Source: Phoronis australis (lineage: Eukaryota; Animalia; Phoronida). Taken from it: 64,000 nt of DNA. Below are positions 24,201 through 39,200 of this stretch, piece after piece. Every line of letters begins with the position of its first letter. The stretch's first letter is position 1. The stretch spans positions 96,270-160,269 of the forward strand of contig NMRA01000452.1 of assembly GCA_002633005.1 (NCBI GenBank). Reading direction: 5' to 3'. The notes below the pieces were generated by a model that was not told the DNA's origin, did no database searches, and saw nothing but the letters and a program-made list of their open reading frames with translations. A program made the position numbers and the translations under genes.

Positions 24201-27200
24201 GAAAATACTATCGTTAGGTATTTCCAATGGGATATCTTTCGTCTGAAAATTCTCGAAGCTTTAATAATAAAAACTGAAACTCCTGAGATACTGGGTTCCA
24301 TCGTACCTTGCCATTACATAAATAATGTCCATATTTTGGAATACCTGTGTATTTCATTTAATTTTATACCATTTTACAGTAGCTTAGTTCCCATGACAAT
24401 TCCTTCTGAAACTGCACTCTTATATATGCCACCTTATATTCGTTTTTAACGTCATTGTTCTTGTTTCATGTATAATACACGATAGCATTTGTAATTTTGA
24501 ATTTATTTGCCTGGTCTAGTCTAGACGCAGTACAGCAACTGTTTTACTATGAAATGTTTTGTACGGTGTTTTATTTTATATGTACTTATGCGTATGTGTT
24601 TGTGATGCAACTCACAATCAGTGATCTACTCTTTCAACTGCCACCTGATGAAAGACATTTAGGGAGCGGCCAAGAATCATTCATGCTTCAGAGTATTTGT
24701 AGTAACGCCCTACCTGAATACTTTGGAGACCCTGTTCTGTGATCTGAATGACAGGTGCTGTCACCTGTTGAGCTGGAGTGTACGAAGCCTGTACAACTGC
24801 ATCCTGAGCCACAGAGGGCTGAGCGAAGAAGACCCCGGCGTTGGGGGCAGCCAATTGCTGTGAGGCGGTCAATTGCTGCGGAGTGGTTGAGAAGCCAGGC
24901 TGGCTTGGATATGATTGCTGAAATTTAGTAATCTATTAGTCATGAGTGGCAGTACTACAAGTCATATCACAGCTCATAGTCATGAGTGGCAGTACTACAA
25001 GTCATATCACAGCTCATAGTCATGAGTGGCTGTACTACAAGTCATATCACAGCTCATAGTTGTGAGTGGCAGTACTTCAAGTCATATCACAGCTCATATT
25101 TTGAGTGGCTGTACTTCAAGTCATATCACAGCTCATAGTTGTGAGCGACAGTACTACAAGTCATACCACAACTCATAGTTGTGAGTGGCAGTACTACAAG
25201 TCATATCACAGCTCATATTTTGAGTGGCTGTACTTCAAGTCATATCACAGCTCATAGTTGTGAGCGGCAGTACTACAAGTCATATCACAGCTCATAGTTG
25301 TGAGTGGCAGTACTACAAGTCATATTACAGCTCATAGTTTACATGCTCAGCAGTCTAGATGTTAGAGTGCCACACAATCACAGTTGAGAAGTTATAGATG
25401 GGAGTCACTGTCCCCTGGCCTCGCATTTGATGAGGTATAGCACTGAGAGAGCCTCCAAGCACCAAATCTCATTTTTAGTCTTAAAAATATGGGCACATTC
25501 AAGTTGACACGTGAAAGTCTTTAGGTACAAAGTAATATTATATGAGTACCATATTACCATAACTATTACCAAGACTTACATACATCGGATACAATATTAT
25601 ATGAGTACCATATTACCATAACTATTACCAAGACTTACATACATCGGATACAATACTATATGAGTACCATATTACCATAACTATTACCAAGACTTACATA
25701 CATCGGATACAATTAGAGCAGGAGATGCTATAGGAATTAGACAAAATACGCTTTATGTGAACAGCCAATTGCACTAAATAGAACAAAAATGCTAGAGAAC
25801 TTTGTCTGAGTACGGTCAATATCAAACTCGGGCACGTCCAATTTATTTACCTTGCTATAATGCATTATGTAATTCTATTCTACTCCAATTGTTGCCATGA
25901 CAACCCATCACATCGACTTACCTGGAATGTGGCCGCAGCTTGTTGTTGTTGGCCGGGGGCCTGGAAAACTACCTGAGGTGACGCCTCTAAGTAAGGAGCC
26001 TGCTCCGCCAGCTGGGGCTGATCCATGTAGTTGGGGTTCATGAACACGGGCGTGTGGGAGTCCTGGTAAGCTGGATCACCTGGAGGGTATCACCACAGAA
26101 TGATGAGTGATGCAAATTGAGGAGGGGAAAACGTGTGTTTCACAAAACGTTTATAACGAAATTTTACCTGTACTACGAAAGAACAAAAAAATTCACACTT
26201 CACTACAAAAATAAAGCCCGCCAAGATAGAAAGAAAGGTAAAATTATATGCCACATTCAAAACATAATTGTTTACAACCTTAACATGAAGCTATCTGCAT
26301 ATAACGTTGTAATATCTGGAGAATACCAAACAACCGAAAAAAGACAAAAAGGGCGAAAAGATGTGCGAACCATTAAATAAGCGTAACAACCATCAAAAGT
26401 GGTCAATAGACGGAACTGGTGAGAGTATGGCCAATAGAGGGAACAGGCTTTTCTAAAGACTCTTGGCCACACATTGACCTTGTTGAACTATAATAATTGT
26501 ATGCTAACGAGAAGAACGTCCATCCAGCAGTCATCTGATGCTCCAACCTACCCTGATGATAGAAGGCTTGGTACTGTTGCGGCAGCGCCCCCTGTTGGAA
26601 GGCTGCTTCATGCATCAGCGCCTGCTCATGCAGCCTCATCTCCTGCTCTTGCTGTAGCTGCAAGTCGTGCTGTAGCTGCAGCTCCTGTTGCTGCAACTCT
26701 TGCTCTCGTTGTTCCTGGAGTTTGGCCTCTTCCTCAGCTTTCACCTGCTCCTCAAACAGTTGACGCCTCTCCTGCTTAGTCATCTTAGGCGGAGTTGGCA
26801 ACAGCACCTTCCTGCAGGTGTCATAGCAATATACAGGGTGTTTGAAAAACAGTAGACATTATGAGGGTACGCATGCACATCCACAGCTCACAAGTAAGGG
26901 CAACTGCAGTACAAGACGAGGATAACTACAGTTCAAGACAAGGGTATCTACAGTTCAAGACAAACATAATCAGACAAAATACCATTACGCCATCGTGATG
27001 GCCACTTCTGTTACCAGCAGAAATGACCGATAATGACAGGAAAACAAAATTCTAACTTTCCTGTTAATGCCACTTCGTTCTAGGTGATGAGGGAAGACTA
27101 CTCTGACAGGGAGTTCCACGTTATTTTGTCTGAATACTTTTGGTTTGTACTGTATTATGCAGGGCCACTCACCAATTTCGATAGTGAACCTTGACTTGGT

Positions 27201-30200
27201 TTGACTTTGCACTTGTCATTTAGTCAGTTGCTTGTACAGTGTCCAGAGTGCAATTCATAGACCTGATGTGTTTTTGAATAGTTAAACCACCTCAAATTTA
27301 TCTTTTATTTGTTTGAAATTGCAACTTAAAGTGATATTCTTTACCGAACTGATCAGAGGAAAGTGGGTCACTTTGAATAGCAACATTGTTTGACATAATC
27401 CATTCACTCCAGTAAGATCGTATCTCATTCAATATAAAGCAAGATTAGAAATCTTCCCATGAGCTGTGAGTGTACACATAACAGGCCATCTCTGAACGGA
27501 TGACCCAGTTCAAGAAAACAAGACTAATGCAAGTTTGAAGCAAGATATTTTATGTTTTTGGTTGAATAGCTACCCTTACCTAGCAGTTTATCGATCAGTG
27601 GCCAAATGCTCAACACTCCAGTTGAGAGCTTTCCGGATAACACTAGTTAACTAATGGGCTCACCCTAACTTTATCAACGAAGATCCCGAATATCGATATA
27701 ACACTCATTTTCATACAAGGTATATGTGGTTCATGTATCAAGGTCTACATTTTTGTCAGTCACATCCAAGATGGAGGCTTTGGCAGACATCTTGTAGTCA
27801 AACGTTATGTACTAGATTACCTATCCTTTTCATGATACATTTAGACAGATAGGGTACCAAGATCTAGGTTTTTCTTAAAGACAAATCCAAGATGGTGGTT
27901 TGGCAGCCATTTTATTGCTGAAAGTTGTATTTTTGGTGCGAAACTGTTACAAGGGATTTCCCATGATGGGAAAACTCTCATTCCTATGAGCGACAGCATA
28001 CCTGGGCTTGCCAGAGTCGGACTCCTCATCTACAGATTTACGGAACTTCCTGTCCTTTTTACGAATCTTCTCCGGTGAATCATCTCTACTCCGTTTGCGA
28101 CCAAAACGATCAAAATCTAAAAGTAAAATGGCAGAAACGTCTCAGATGGATACACATTGATACCCTTTGATGACAAGATGCCTTAGGGACTGCAGCACAG
28201 CCAGCTCTATGTAACTTCATGCATCCCTCAAACTACACTGGTGTCAGCACCACTGATGGTGCAAACAAATGCAGTCAGATAAAATCACAATTTCAGACTC
28301 TGATGAAATATCTTTAAAATTCAATGACTTTCCAAGATTTTTTCATGTTAAACTGACATTCCATGACTTTCAAAGAGAAATCACTTATTTACAGGCCTGC
28401 AAATTTCAAGTAAAAATACCTTTGAAGCATGCAGTAAATGTTCATAATCTTGTAAAACTACACGGCTATAAGTGTTGAAATGTCACTTATTTGATAAAAA
28501 GTATTTTGGAACGGATTTTCAACATGGCAATCTCGTTGCATAACTGAGATAAATACGTACTGACTCATACATTTGATCTTAGAGGAGGCAGTTTGGCCTT
28601 GTGAGATATGTGTTCCTTTACTCAAGGTCGTGGGTTCGAGTCCCACTGGGGCACACTGCTATACCCTTGAGTTAGGTACTGGGGCACACTACTAGACCCT
28701 TGAGTTAGGTATCTAGCTCCACAGCTTTGTTTTGGTTTTATAATTAGCATAACAAGAGCAACACAGAGCGATGAAATGCATCCATGACAGCGATGCAAAT
28801 AGTGTTTTGAGAGTGATAAAAATGGCCAGGAATGGGCACACGTGAGCGGACTACGCACGTCTGGTACAGCATGTAGCAGACGACATGCAATTAACTTTTA
28901 TAAGCATGATCATATGATTCATGAAACAAAACACATCACTGAAAGCTCTACAACGCCAAAAGCTTCAGTTATTGCGCCAATCCTCCATGACAACTAACCA
29001 CGCCCTCTGTCTCGCTCCTTGTTACGTGTCTCTAGTTCACGCTCTGTCTTCTTGCGTTCTTCTACGCGCTCCTTTTTGGGAATTCTGAACACTTCCTGTA
29101 ACGACAACCAGCCATCTTCAGGTATGAACAGAAGCTATTTGACAACACAGGCCAATAAATTAACTATTCTGTTTCCCTCCACACAGGCAACCAATTTCAT
29201 TTCACCACAACCTGTTTCCCTCCACACAGGTAACCAATATCATTTCACCATAACCCCGCACCTGAGCTAACTTTCCCATTAATCAAAATCAATTTTCTCC
29301 TTTTTCAAGATGACACACTGTAATTCCCAATTACATTGTGTATATTTATTTGTTCATACCACAAACAAGTCAGCTAAAGGCTATGTGTGACCCTATTAAA
29401 ATGTCGTCTAACTTTGGCTAATGACGGAACATCATATTTAAGAAGTGGCTGCTTGAATTCTGATGAAACTTTCACATGCTATGCTTTTATCCACTGTTCA
29501 CAACGCCATTAGGAATTGTTTCTAAAATGTCCTACTTTTGCATGGGGGGCTATTAAAAATAGGACTCTATGATGTTTACAAAAAATCTTTAAAGATGCAT
29601 GAGATGAAAACGAAACAATAACGTTGAAAACTTAACAGCGTGTTTTGAGATTTTAACTTGAATATTGATCTTGTAGATACCGTTGTATTTCTATAAAAGT
29701 ACATTTCTTTTTTGCTAAACCTTACAAAATGACAAAGTCACATGACCCAAGTAAAGGCAGCTTCGTATCAAGTCAAATATTAAATTCTACATTCTTTCTG
29801 CTTTCAGAAAATATATCCCTTTATGGAGTTTAAATCAATAGTGTTGATAGTGCAGCCTTTTCGATAAGGTCTGACATAACCTCGAGTTTATTCCTTCACA
29901 TCTCAACATGGTCTGACATAACCTCCAGTTTATTCCTTCACATCTCAACATGGTCTGACATAACCTCCAGTTTATTCCTTCACATCTCAACATGGTCTGA
30001 CATAACCTCCAGTTTATTCCTTCACATCTCAACATGGTCTGACATAACCTCCAGTTTATTCNTCTTGCGTTCTTCTACACGCTCCTTTTTGGGAATTCTG
30101 AACACTTCCTGTAACGACAACCAGCCATCTTCAGGCATGAACAGAAGCTATTTGACAACACAGGCCAATAAATTAACTATTCTGTTTCCCTCCACACAGG

Positions 30201-33200
30201 TAACCAATATCATTTCACCATAACCTGTTTCCCTCCACACAGGTAACCAATATCATTTCACAATAACCTGTTTCCCTCCACACAGGTAACCAATATCATT
30301 TCACCATAACCCTGCACCTGAGCTAACTTTTCCCATTAATCAAAATCACCTTTCTCCTTTTTCAAGATGACACACTGTAATTCACAATCACACTGTGTAT
30401 ATTTATTTGTTCATACCACTAACTAGTCAGCTAAAGGCTATGTAGGACCCTATTAAAATGTCGTCTAACTTTGGCTAATGACGGAACATCATAGTTAAGA
30501 AATGGCTGCTTGAATTCTGATGAAACTTTCACATACTATGTTTTTATCCACTGTTCACAACGCCATTAGGAATTGTTTTTAAAATGTTCTACTTTTGCAT
30601 GAGGGGCTATTAAAAATAGGTCTCTATGATGTTTACAAAAAATCTTTAAAGATGCATGAGATGAAAACGAAACAATAACTTTGAAAACTTAACAGCGTGT
30701 TTTGAGATTTTAACTTGAATATTGATCTTGTAGATACCGTTGTTTTTCTATAAATGTACATTTCTTTTTTGCTAAACCTTACAAAAAGACAAAGTCACAT
30801 GACCCAAGTAAAGACAGCTTCGTATCAAGTCAAATATTAAATTCTACATTCTTTCTGCTTTCAGAAAATATATCCTTTTATGGAGTTTAAATCAATAGTG
30901 TTGTTAGTGCAGGCTTTTCGACAAGGTCCGACATAAACTCAAGTTTATTCCTTCATATCTCAACATGGTCCGACATAACCTCGAGTTTATTCCTTCATAT
31001 CTCAACATGGTCCAGACAGCAGCAAGAATGGACATCCACCTTACATGCTCACCTATGGCACAATGAGAAACACAGTCCACAGTGTAGTGTGCAAGACTAC
31101 GTGTGTTGACAAGCAAGAGTTGCACGTAAGAGTCATAGGAGTGACAGACAAATAACTTCACCACAACACCACAGAGGTCTCCCACAGCTTACGCTTTTCA
31201 ACACACCAGAGGCCCATTCCAAGAAAACTGACTTGGCTAAGACAAATCATAAACTTCAGCCAATTTTAAGATAAAATTTAAATTTGTGTCAAGTCCATTT
31301 CAAGAAAGATATCTTAAGTTTAACTTTAGTTTTTGACTTAAGTTTTGTCTTAATTTTGACGAGATAAATCTTAGACTTAAGTCAAAAATGAGCTCAAGTC
31401 AATTTCTTGGAACGGGTTCCTGACTTACAGACTTTGGTCGCCAGAGATACTAAACATTCACTCCAGCCTACCTGCTGTCACATTGACCCAGATCACTAGC
31501 CAATCAGTTCACACTCATTTCATGTAACGTTTTCAGTCCTAACTTAGACCAAACCAGGCCAACTCAAGATCAATCTGTCACGGAATTCCTTGCAAGACTC
31601 CAACAGCCCCAAGGCCACACTCTGCTGGGTATTTCCATAGCCAGCTCAACCTAACTTCTACCGTACTATCCCTGAACACTACCCACCTTCAGTTCACTCC
31701 AAATCTCCAACAGCTCAGAGGCCAGACGGTTCAGCACGCTCTGCTGATAGCTACCCTTGTCATCAATAGCACCCTCTTCACCTGTCTGGCTACCACAGTC
31801 ACCTGAATAGTACAGGTAAAGCATCACACACAAGACACATTTTATATAAAAATATTCATAAATCGGCATCAAGAGAGTCTGCTTAATTCCTAATGAAATG
31901 CTAACACAAATTTTTCCAGCTTGTCTCTTACACTATAGAAAGATCACCGGCCAAAACCAGAGCCTTGGTTATCTTTGGGCCATTTCACTTACACGTAGAC
32001 GTACAAACACTACACGTCAAGACAATTGAAACAAAAAGTCCTCGGGTCTCTTTTATCAAAAATGTCTTTAAAAAGTCAGAACGTTCATCTTACGCTCCAC
32101 ACAATTATTTCAGGAAATAACTTATTTAATCTTGTTTGAGTGAAAGTGCAAAGTATCTGAGAATGTAGACATAATTGCTAGTTACTGAGAAATCTTCTAT
32201 GAATTAATTTCTAGACTGTGATGCACTCATAAATACTTAGTTAAGTCTTCTTTCACCAAGTGTCAAGTGGGACCATCATGCCAAATTTATGTCATAAGTC
32301 ACTTTAAAAAAACAGACTTGTGGAATTCTTGTTTATGACCAAGTACAAGTACACAGTTTCATCATGAAGGTAGAGTGGAAACAGAATTTAGTGTCACCGT
32401 CGTCATAACATCATGTCCTGACATGTCATAACTATTCATGAGTCATTATACTGGTGACGGGGTAACACAGTTTTGTCACTGAACCTTTAGTACAGAAGTA
32501 CACAGGCTTCCTTGTTGAAGAATGTTGGACATTTGTGACATTTGGTCATCTGTTGAAAAGATTATTATGTATGAAGAGTGACCGCATGTTCAACTGATGC
32601 CATATTGTGTTCATTCTTTAACATAAAAATCCTACAGAAGAAAAATCTCCAATTCAACAGAGCAGTCGTCAAAGAAATATCCCCCGTTTAAAGTCTGAAC
32701 ACAAATACAATGTTTTTGAAAAACTGCTTCCTTGTTTCTTAAGTTTGTTAATGTTAAAACCAATTCAAAAATAACCTAGCATTCATTTGTCAACAGTTGC
32801 ATAGAATTCAAGAGTTTGTATTGTGTGGGTCTAATTTTGATGTATTTAGTGGCAAACTTGAATGTGGCTTCACTAAACCTACCCTGGCCGACAAAAACAT
32901 CTTCCTTTTTCTCATCCATATTCTCCTTTGCCTCTTTCTCAATCACATCACTACTTCCCTCGCCAGATATTTCCTCCGTTGATTTTTCCTCACTAGGTGT
33001 CTCATTATTCGCTGTCATCTTAATCTCCTCCAAATTTACACCCGAACTGGCAGACGTACCAAGCTTCATTGAATCCCCAAACACCGAAGAGTTCATCAAA
33101 CTAGATGAGAGTGACTCGCTAAGTACACTCGAAGTCAACATGGATGACGAGACAGAATCGTCCAATCGTCCGCCGGATATACGGCTCGATTCGGAAACTT

Positions 33201-36200
33201 CACTGTCTGACCCAGAATCCCCCACCTCTCTCTGTAGCCGCTGCAGAAATCGCTTTTTACTGGAAATTTTTTCCAAGTTTTCGGGCATTTGTTCCGGCAT
33301 GGCCTCATCCTGGCTAGATTCATCCATTTTGTCCTTCGGCGCCGTATCAACAGATTTTGTGCTATCAACAGAGGCACGCCTTTTGCTATATATGGACACT
33401 GGCGTCTCAGATCTCGACGGAGTCTCTGACGCCGTGTCATTGCCACTACTTTCCTTCTCAGAAGAGACGATTTCAGTCGACCATTTTTGAACAACGCTCA
33501 ACACTTTGCTGTCCTGCAGTATTGTCTTGTTTGTTATGGGCAGAATTTTCAATGTTTCCAAGATCTGAAGCAGAAACATTAATATAATTGATAAAATACT
33601 CAAATAACTGGGAATTGGAAAGTCTGAAATGTGTCAGAAAGAATTGTTTTGTCTCTGAACGTTATCATACTAATCACATGGTAACGAGGTGGTGTTGATA
33701 CCATCAAAGTACAAGAAAAGGAAATGATTACCATATCCCGAATTCAACTCTCCTCTCTTGCAGAGGTAGAAAACCACATGGTGGTATTAACCAAGTTTTC
33801 AAACTGTAAGACCATTAAGACATTTCTGAAGTGAAGAATGATTCACCACACCACACTCTGCTGCATTGCCACTTTGATGATGACGCATGGCAAACTAGTC
33901 TTAATGTAAAATAGTGATTAGCATGCCAACAATGTACAACTGTTAGCAAAGTGCTATACAGGTGCTTAGCATTATGGGTAAACCCAAACAGAATCACAGA
34001 GGGCGCTGAGGTATTCCAGGAAGTTTTCATTTGTCACTTGCCCTTTCAACGAATAAATTGACTAAACAAAATAGGTCAAAAAGAATATTGAAAAATTTTA
34101 AGGACATTTCCTTGTTCATTCAACATATTTAAGCTTTGAATTAAATGGTTAAAAGAAGTGCCCAGAACAGTCCAGAGCCATTATAAGGCAGTCTGTTGAC
34201 AGACCTGCAGCTTCAAATCAAACGAGCCATGTCCTGCGTCAGCCATCCAACTCCATATGAGCGACAGTCCATGATACTCAAGGAACAGTCGTAAACATGC
34301 AGACTCCTTCGTGTCCTGAAATATAAACAGCACGAGAATGGGAACGGTGAAATGTATAGGAAGTTCTTCCAACTTGATTTCAGGCGCCACCTAGGGTACG
34401 CATGCAACACTAAATTCTAAATTCAAACAACATTGCACTCACACCTAAATAGCCCAAGACTGATTAAGTGTCCAGACTATCAAGTAGTGTTAATCTACGC
34501 AGAACTCGAGATGTGTCAGGCTTCTAAATAAACCTCAACAGTGACAATGTAAGGACATCTCCTAAACCTAAATAATCATCACAAATGTTACCATGTGGAC
34601 GTGTCCTTCACCAGAACAGGTACACGTAGTGCTCAAGTAAGGACGGGTCTCAAACATAAATAATGACCACAAGTGACACCACCATACAAATGTGCCATGT
34701 ATCAGAATGTCCCAGTCCAGTATAAATGCTGTAACGTGTCACATACCTCAGTAAACATGACAAGTGCTGCCACAGAGACGTGTCAGCAGCATTAGCTGGC
34801 CTGTACAGTGCTAAATTAAGACATATTTCACACCATAATAATGACAATCGCTACAATACAGACATGTCATGTAAAAAAAACAGTCCTATGAGTTTTCATA
34901 TAAGGACACGTCCAATACCTAAATTAACACCACTATTACATGGATGCGTCACGTACCTGAATAATCCTTAGCAGTGCCACACGGTGGTCATCGCTCTCCG
35001 CCCTCACCATCAGCCGAGCCAACTGAAGCACATCCTTCTTGTTCCGCAGACCCTCGCCACGTGCTGCCATCTCTTGGATCTCTTCCTCCAACTAAAACAA
35101 ACATTAATCAGGTCACACAGTTTGACCTTTCTCATGAACCTAAGACTACATTAGTAGCCCAGTTCCTGGGCAGCACACTATTCAGTAATGATGATTAGAG
35201 ATGCCATGTCTCAATAAAACCCTGAATATTTAAATTTGTAGCAAGCGCCACCTAGTGACTTCCTGGAGAACTGTGTGAACAAGTATAATCAGGAAAGAAA
35301 CAACTTGTAAGTAAATTGCAGTTTTAAAGAAAACACCACAACTGATACAATTAAAAACAAGTAATTCCACAATTGTCATTTGATAGTGAAATAAGCAAAT
35401 AATGAAAATTGAACCTCGTTTCATTTGGGTAACAACAGTGCTCATTTACATAAAACAGTCTTACAAAACGTGACTTTCGCGAGTTTGTAATGGTTACTGG
35501 TTCTCAGACGATTTTCGGCACAGTGGAAGACCCAGGGTTTTTTGTAAATTAGTACTTCATTTGCATATTCACAATTTAATGAGACTATGCATGTTTAAGT
35601 CATTCTTCGATGAAGTTGTTTTCAAAAATGATCCAATCAAAACGACCAAGACAAACGATCCTATAAAGACAACCGAGACAAATGCTTAAAATACATAAAT
35701 GTAGCCTAATGCCTTGTTAGCCAATTTCAATTTTTCCGTTAGTTTGGTCAAAACAGACATATGAAGCCACAGAATTTAACCACATTGTTTTATTTTACTT
35801 AAGTTTATGAGAGACAAAAGATGGTCCCACATAGGTCACAAAATGCACCTAAAAATGATACTCTACACCTCTTTCCACCAATGACATTGGTCATAGTAAT
35901 GTTATGTATACAGCAACAGCAATGAATAGTTAACCACCGAGCTCACTGCGCCATAAATCGTTAACTTCCGGTCAAAGATAGCGGAAATATCGGCAATGGC
36001 GCATGCGCACCTCATTGTTTTTTTGTTTGTTCGCATTCTACAGATCGCAATTTTCGTCCAAGTCACACGAAATTCACACATGACGTGTAGATTCTGAAAG
36101 CTTTTGGTGATGATGGGATTCAAAATGGCGGACGTGGCAGCCATTTTGTTTCCGGTTTCAGATTCAAATGCTCCAAGAGGCCCTGGTGTTCGACAAAACA

Positions 36201-39200
36201 TGTTTAAAAGAAAACTTGCAACCAATACATTTCACCACATTGACATGTCTCATCACTCATCAAATACAGAATATACGTATGCCACTGTTCAAAATTTACA
36301 TACCAAAATGTCATCAAAGATTTGACTACGCTTTTCAACAGAGGCCTTTCGTCTCGGCGTCTTCTCCAGAGATTTCAGTGAGCGTTTCTTTCCACCAAGG
36401 AACCCTCGACACTTGTCCGTGCCACAGAAACACTTCTGGGCCTCCTCTCTACAAAGTGAAGGACAAATAACAACACAGGTCATAAACTGACCACGATAGC
36501 AGTAACAGGTCACATGCTCAAAGTCAAATAACTCTTTTCTAAGGACAAGGCCTGGTCGAAAAAATGACAAGAAATAGTGTGAGCCAGTGTGTGGAACGGA
36601 GTAAACAGTTACTGGCCATAATTGTGTAAATTTAACTGAACAGTTGGTTATCAAACTAATTTGACTGAAAGAGCATCAGTGCATGGCAATTTGAACAAAA
36701 CAAGCCACAATTACTGGAACTTGCTGATGAAACGAGGCTTTCGCCAAAATTTCTAGAAATAGCATAACTCGCAATCGTTAGTCATATGTCAAGTGAGCAG
36801 AACAAATGTCTTCCTTGAACCGTGAGCAAATTAATTAGAAGGAAACGGTGATTTCATTAAAGAATTTTGGATAAGTAAAGCTGTTAGGATTATGGGATAG
36901 TAAAAACTGTAAAACTATTACTGCATGTTAAGACTAAAATATCCCTTGACTTTAAAACATTACCTACAGTAAAACGCACAGAATTGGATACATAAAACTG
37001 AAAGAATGAGTATGCTGTTGCCAGGCAACATATAACATGCCACTGTGAAATCAATGAGAAATAAAAATAACAATAATTAGAATGAACATAATTATCAAAA
37101 TTGAGGTTAACGCAGGTCAAAACATGATGAAGCAACGCATTCAAATCAACAGAGCAAACCTACCCATAGTTTTCAAACTGATAATCAAATGTTAGTTCCG
37201 TTCCCTTGGTGATAGGTTTCCGAGTGAAGAAGCCGACTCGTACCTGACCGTTGACTGTCCACTGAAAAATACCAGCCAAGTCTACATCAAGATTAAAAGC
37301 CCACACAATTTTGTACAAAATTTGAATTCTTCTGGAAAGAACAAAATATTCAATTCAAACTGACTAAAGTTTAACTCAACTAAATTTGAAAAATAAATGG
37401 ATTTACTTAAATCAACCAAATTTTTGTGAATTTTTCTTATGGCTACCATGTAAAACAAAATAGTAAGACATCAGGGTGTGATCAATCAAAAATGACAGCC
37501 AGGAATTTAGGTCAGTGACCTTTTTTCAATTGCGTGACATAACTGTCCAAAATATCTGGCTGCTTTACTTCAATACACCAAGAACCTCATCTACTTCATT
37601 CTGTTTATCTCGTTCCAATTTATGTTACCACGGTAATGGCACTTTTAACTTTTTATATATCTCTATCTATATCAAAAGATTATTTTGAAAACTGGTCTCC
37701 GTGTTCAGAATGTATTTCTCACAAAGACAATGAACCACCACACATCAACCAGACATTTCCAACACAGAGACAGCTAACCTATTTCCACATACCTTCTGGG
37801 TCTCACAGTTGGGGTCACAGCTGTGGTTGATGAAGCGAGACGTGTTCCCCTTGAACGTAGCATCGATAATCTCGTCAGCATTGAGTGCCATGAAGTAATA
37901 GTGTTGATTCTTGTCCTTAGCGTACTGCTTGGTGCGTGACTTGAACTGTTTGTAGTCTAGCACTTCGCCCACATACTCCATCACAAACTGGTTCCTGCAG
38001 AAGACGTCATTAATAAACCAGCAGCTCTATCTAGTGTGCGGTCAGTGAACCAGCCTACTTCTCCAGATATATTGCTTTCAGTGCATGAAATGACAAGTCT
38101 ATCGATGGGAGATTTTATATTCACTGGGTGGTGCTAGTGAATAGTGCCCCCTCATTTTAACAGCAAGCAGTTGATCAGCCTGGGGCGCCTGTGACTGACT
38201 GAATACATACACTTGTCTTCTATAGGTAGGTGCTAAGAAGCGAGTCATCAATTCCAACTTACAAAGTTGAGTATTCCGCTATGAAGATTTTCTAGTATTT
38301 TTCAAACTCAGAAATTACTTCTAAATTTCACCAGGGAACAAGTTGACACACATTTAATGGTGATCAGTAGTCTACGGTCTACTTGTCTAGTTTGGGATTC
38401 TGAAGATCAGGACAGAGGCAATTTTGTCACTGAACATATTTCCCAAACATCCAACACTGTGTCCTGTATCAACAGAGTCTGGAAATAGTCCCTGATGCAA
38501 TACTTTCATGCATTCCGCAGAATGTAGCATAGGGATCTTTGTTTGTTGTTGACCGTAATTCTTAAATTTGGTACGGCCAACATTCAAATTTTCTAAAATT
38601 TGGTACAAGCTACGATCTTGATGAAAATACTTAATTTTCAATGCAGCCCCAAACTGCAAAATTTTTGACACGATTCAAAAGTTACCTTCTATAATAATTC
38701 ACAATTAAAATTTGTAAGGTCGTATGCTCCACTAACAATACACACGACACACATGGTGGAGAGGTGCAAGACAAGTGAAAACTTCCACCATACTGAGTAT
38801 CCCTAAAACACATCTGTTGAACAAACAGAACCCTACCGCTGCATCTGAAAGACTATTCAAAGACGTCTGCTTCAAAATGAACCACCATATTCTTTCATCA
38901 TGTACAATGTCAAGGACAAAAGCACATAGTATCTATAAAACAAAAACTTAAGACACACATAGATAGGAATTGTACTGCAAAAAACATTGTGCCCGTAAAT
39001 TATGTCTACGTACTCGGCCATGTCATCTGTAGCTTGTAGACCCCAACCTTTCCAACTGGTTTGGAATGGCTCCGTCCTTGAGTACTCTTTACGCTGGAAC
39101 CGTTTATTGGTACAGTAGTCACCGCAGGGACATCGTGCACCGCTGGAAAACATCACAGGAGTTAGCCACTAGGTGGCGCAATGGTATAATACAAGAGCTG

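Noticed and set aside
24938-25339. Regular repeats resembling a CRISPR array
   Set aside because: No unique spacers, no cas genes, and it lies in a eukaryotic intron; it is a minisatellite.
28622-28655. tRNA-like T arm GGTTCGAGTCCC (similar elements near 15907-15973)
   Set aside because: No complete cloverleaf; probably tRNA-derived SINE remnants.
32816-33490. 224-aa plus-strand ORF and similar ORFs antisense to the giant exon
   Set aside because: Antisense shadows of low-complexity SETD2 coding sequence with no independent motifs.
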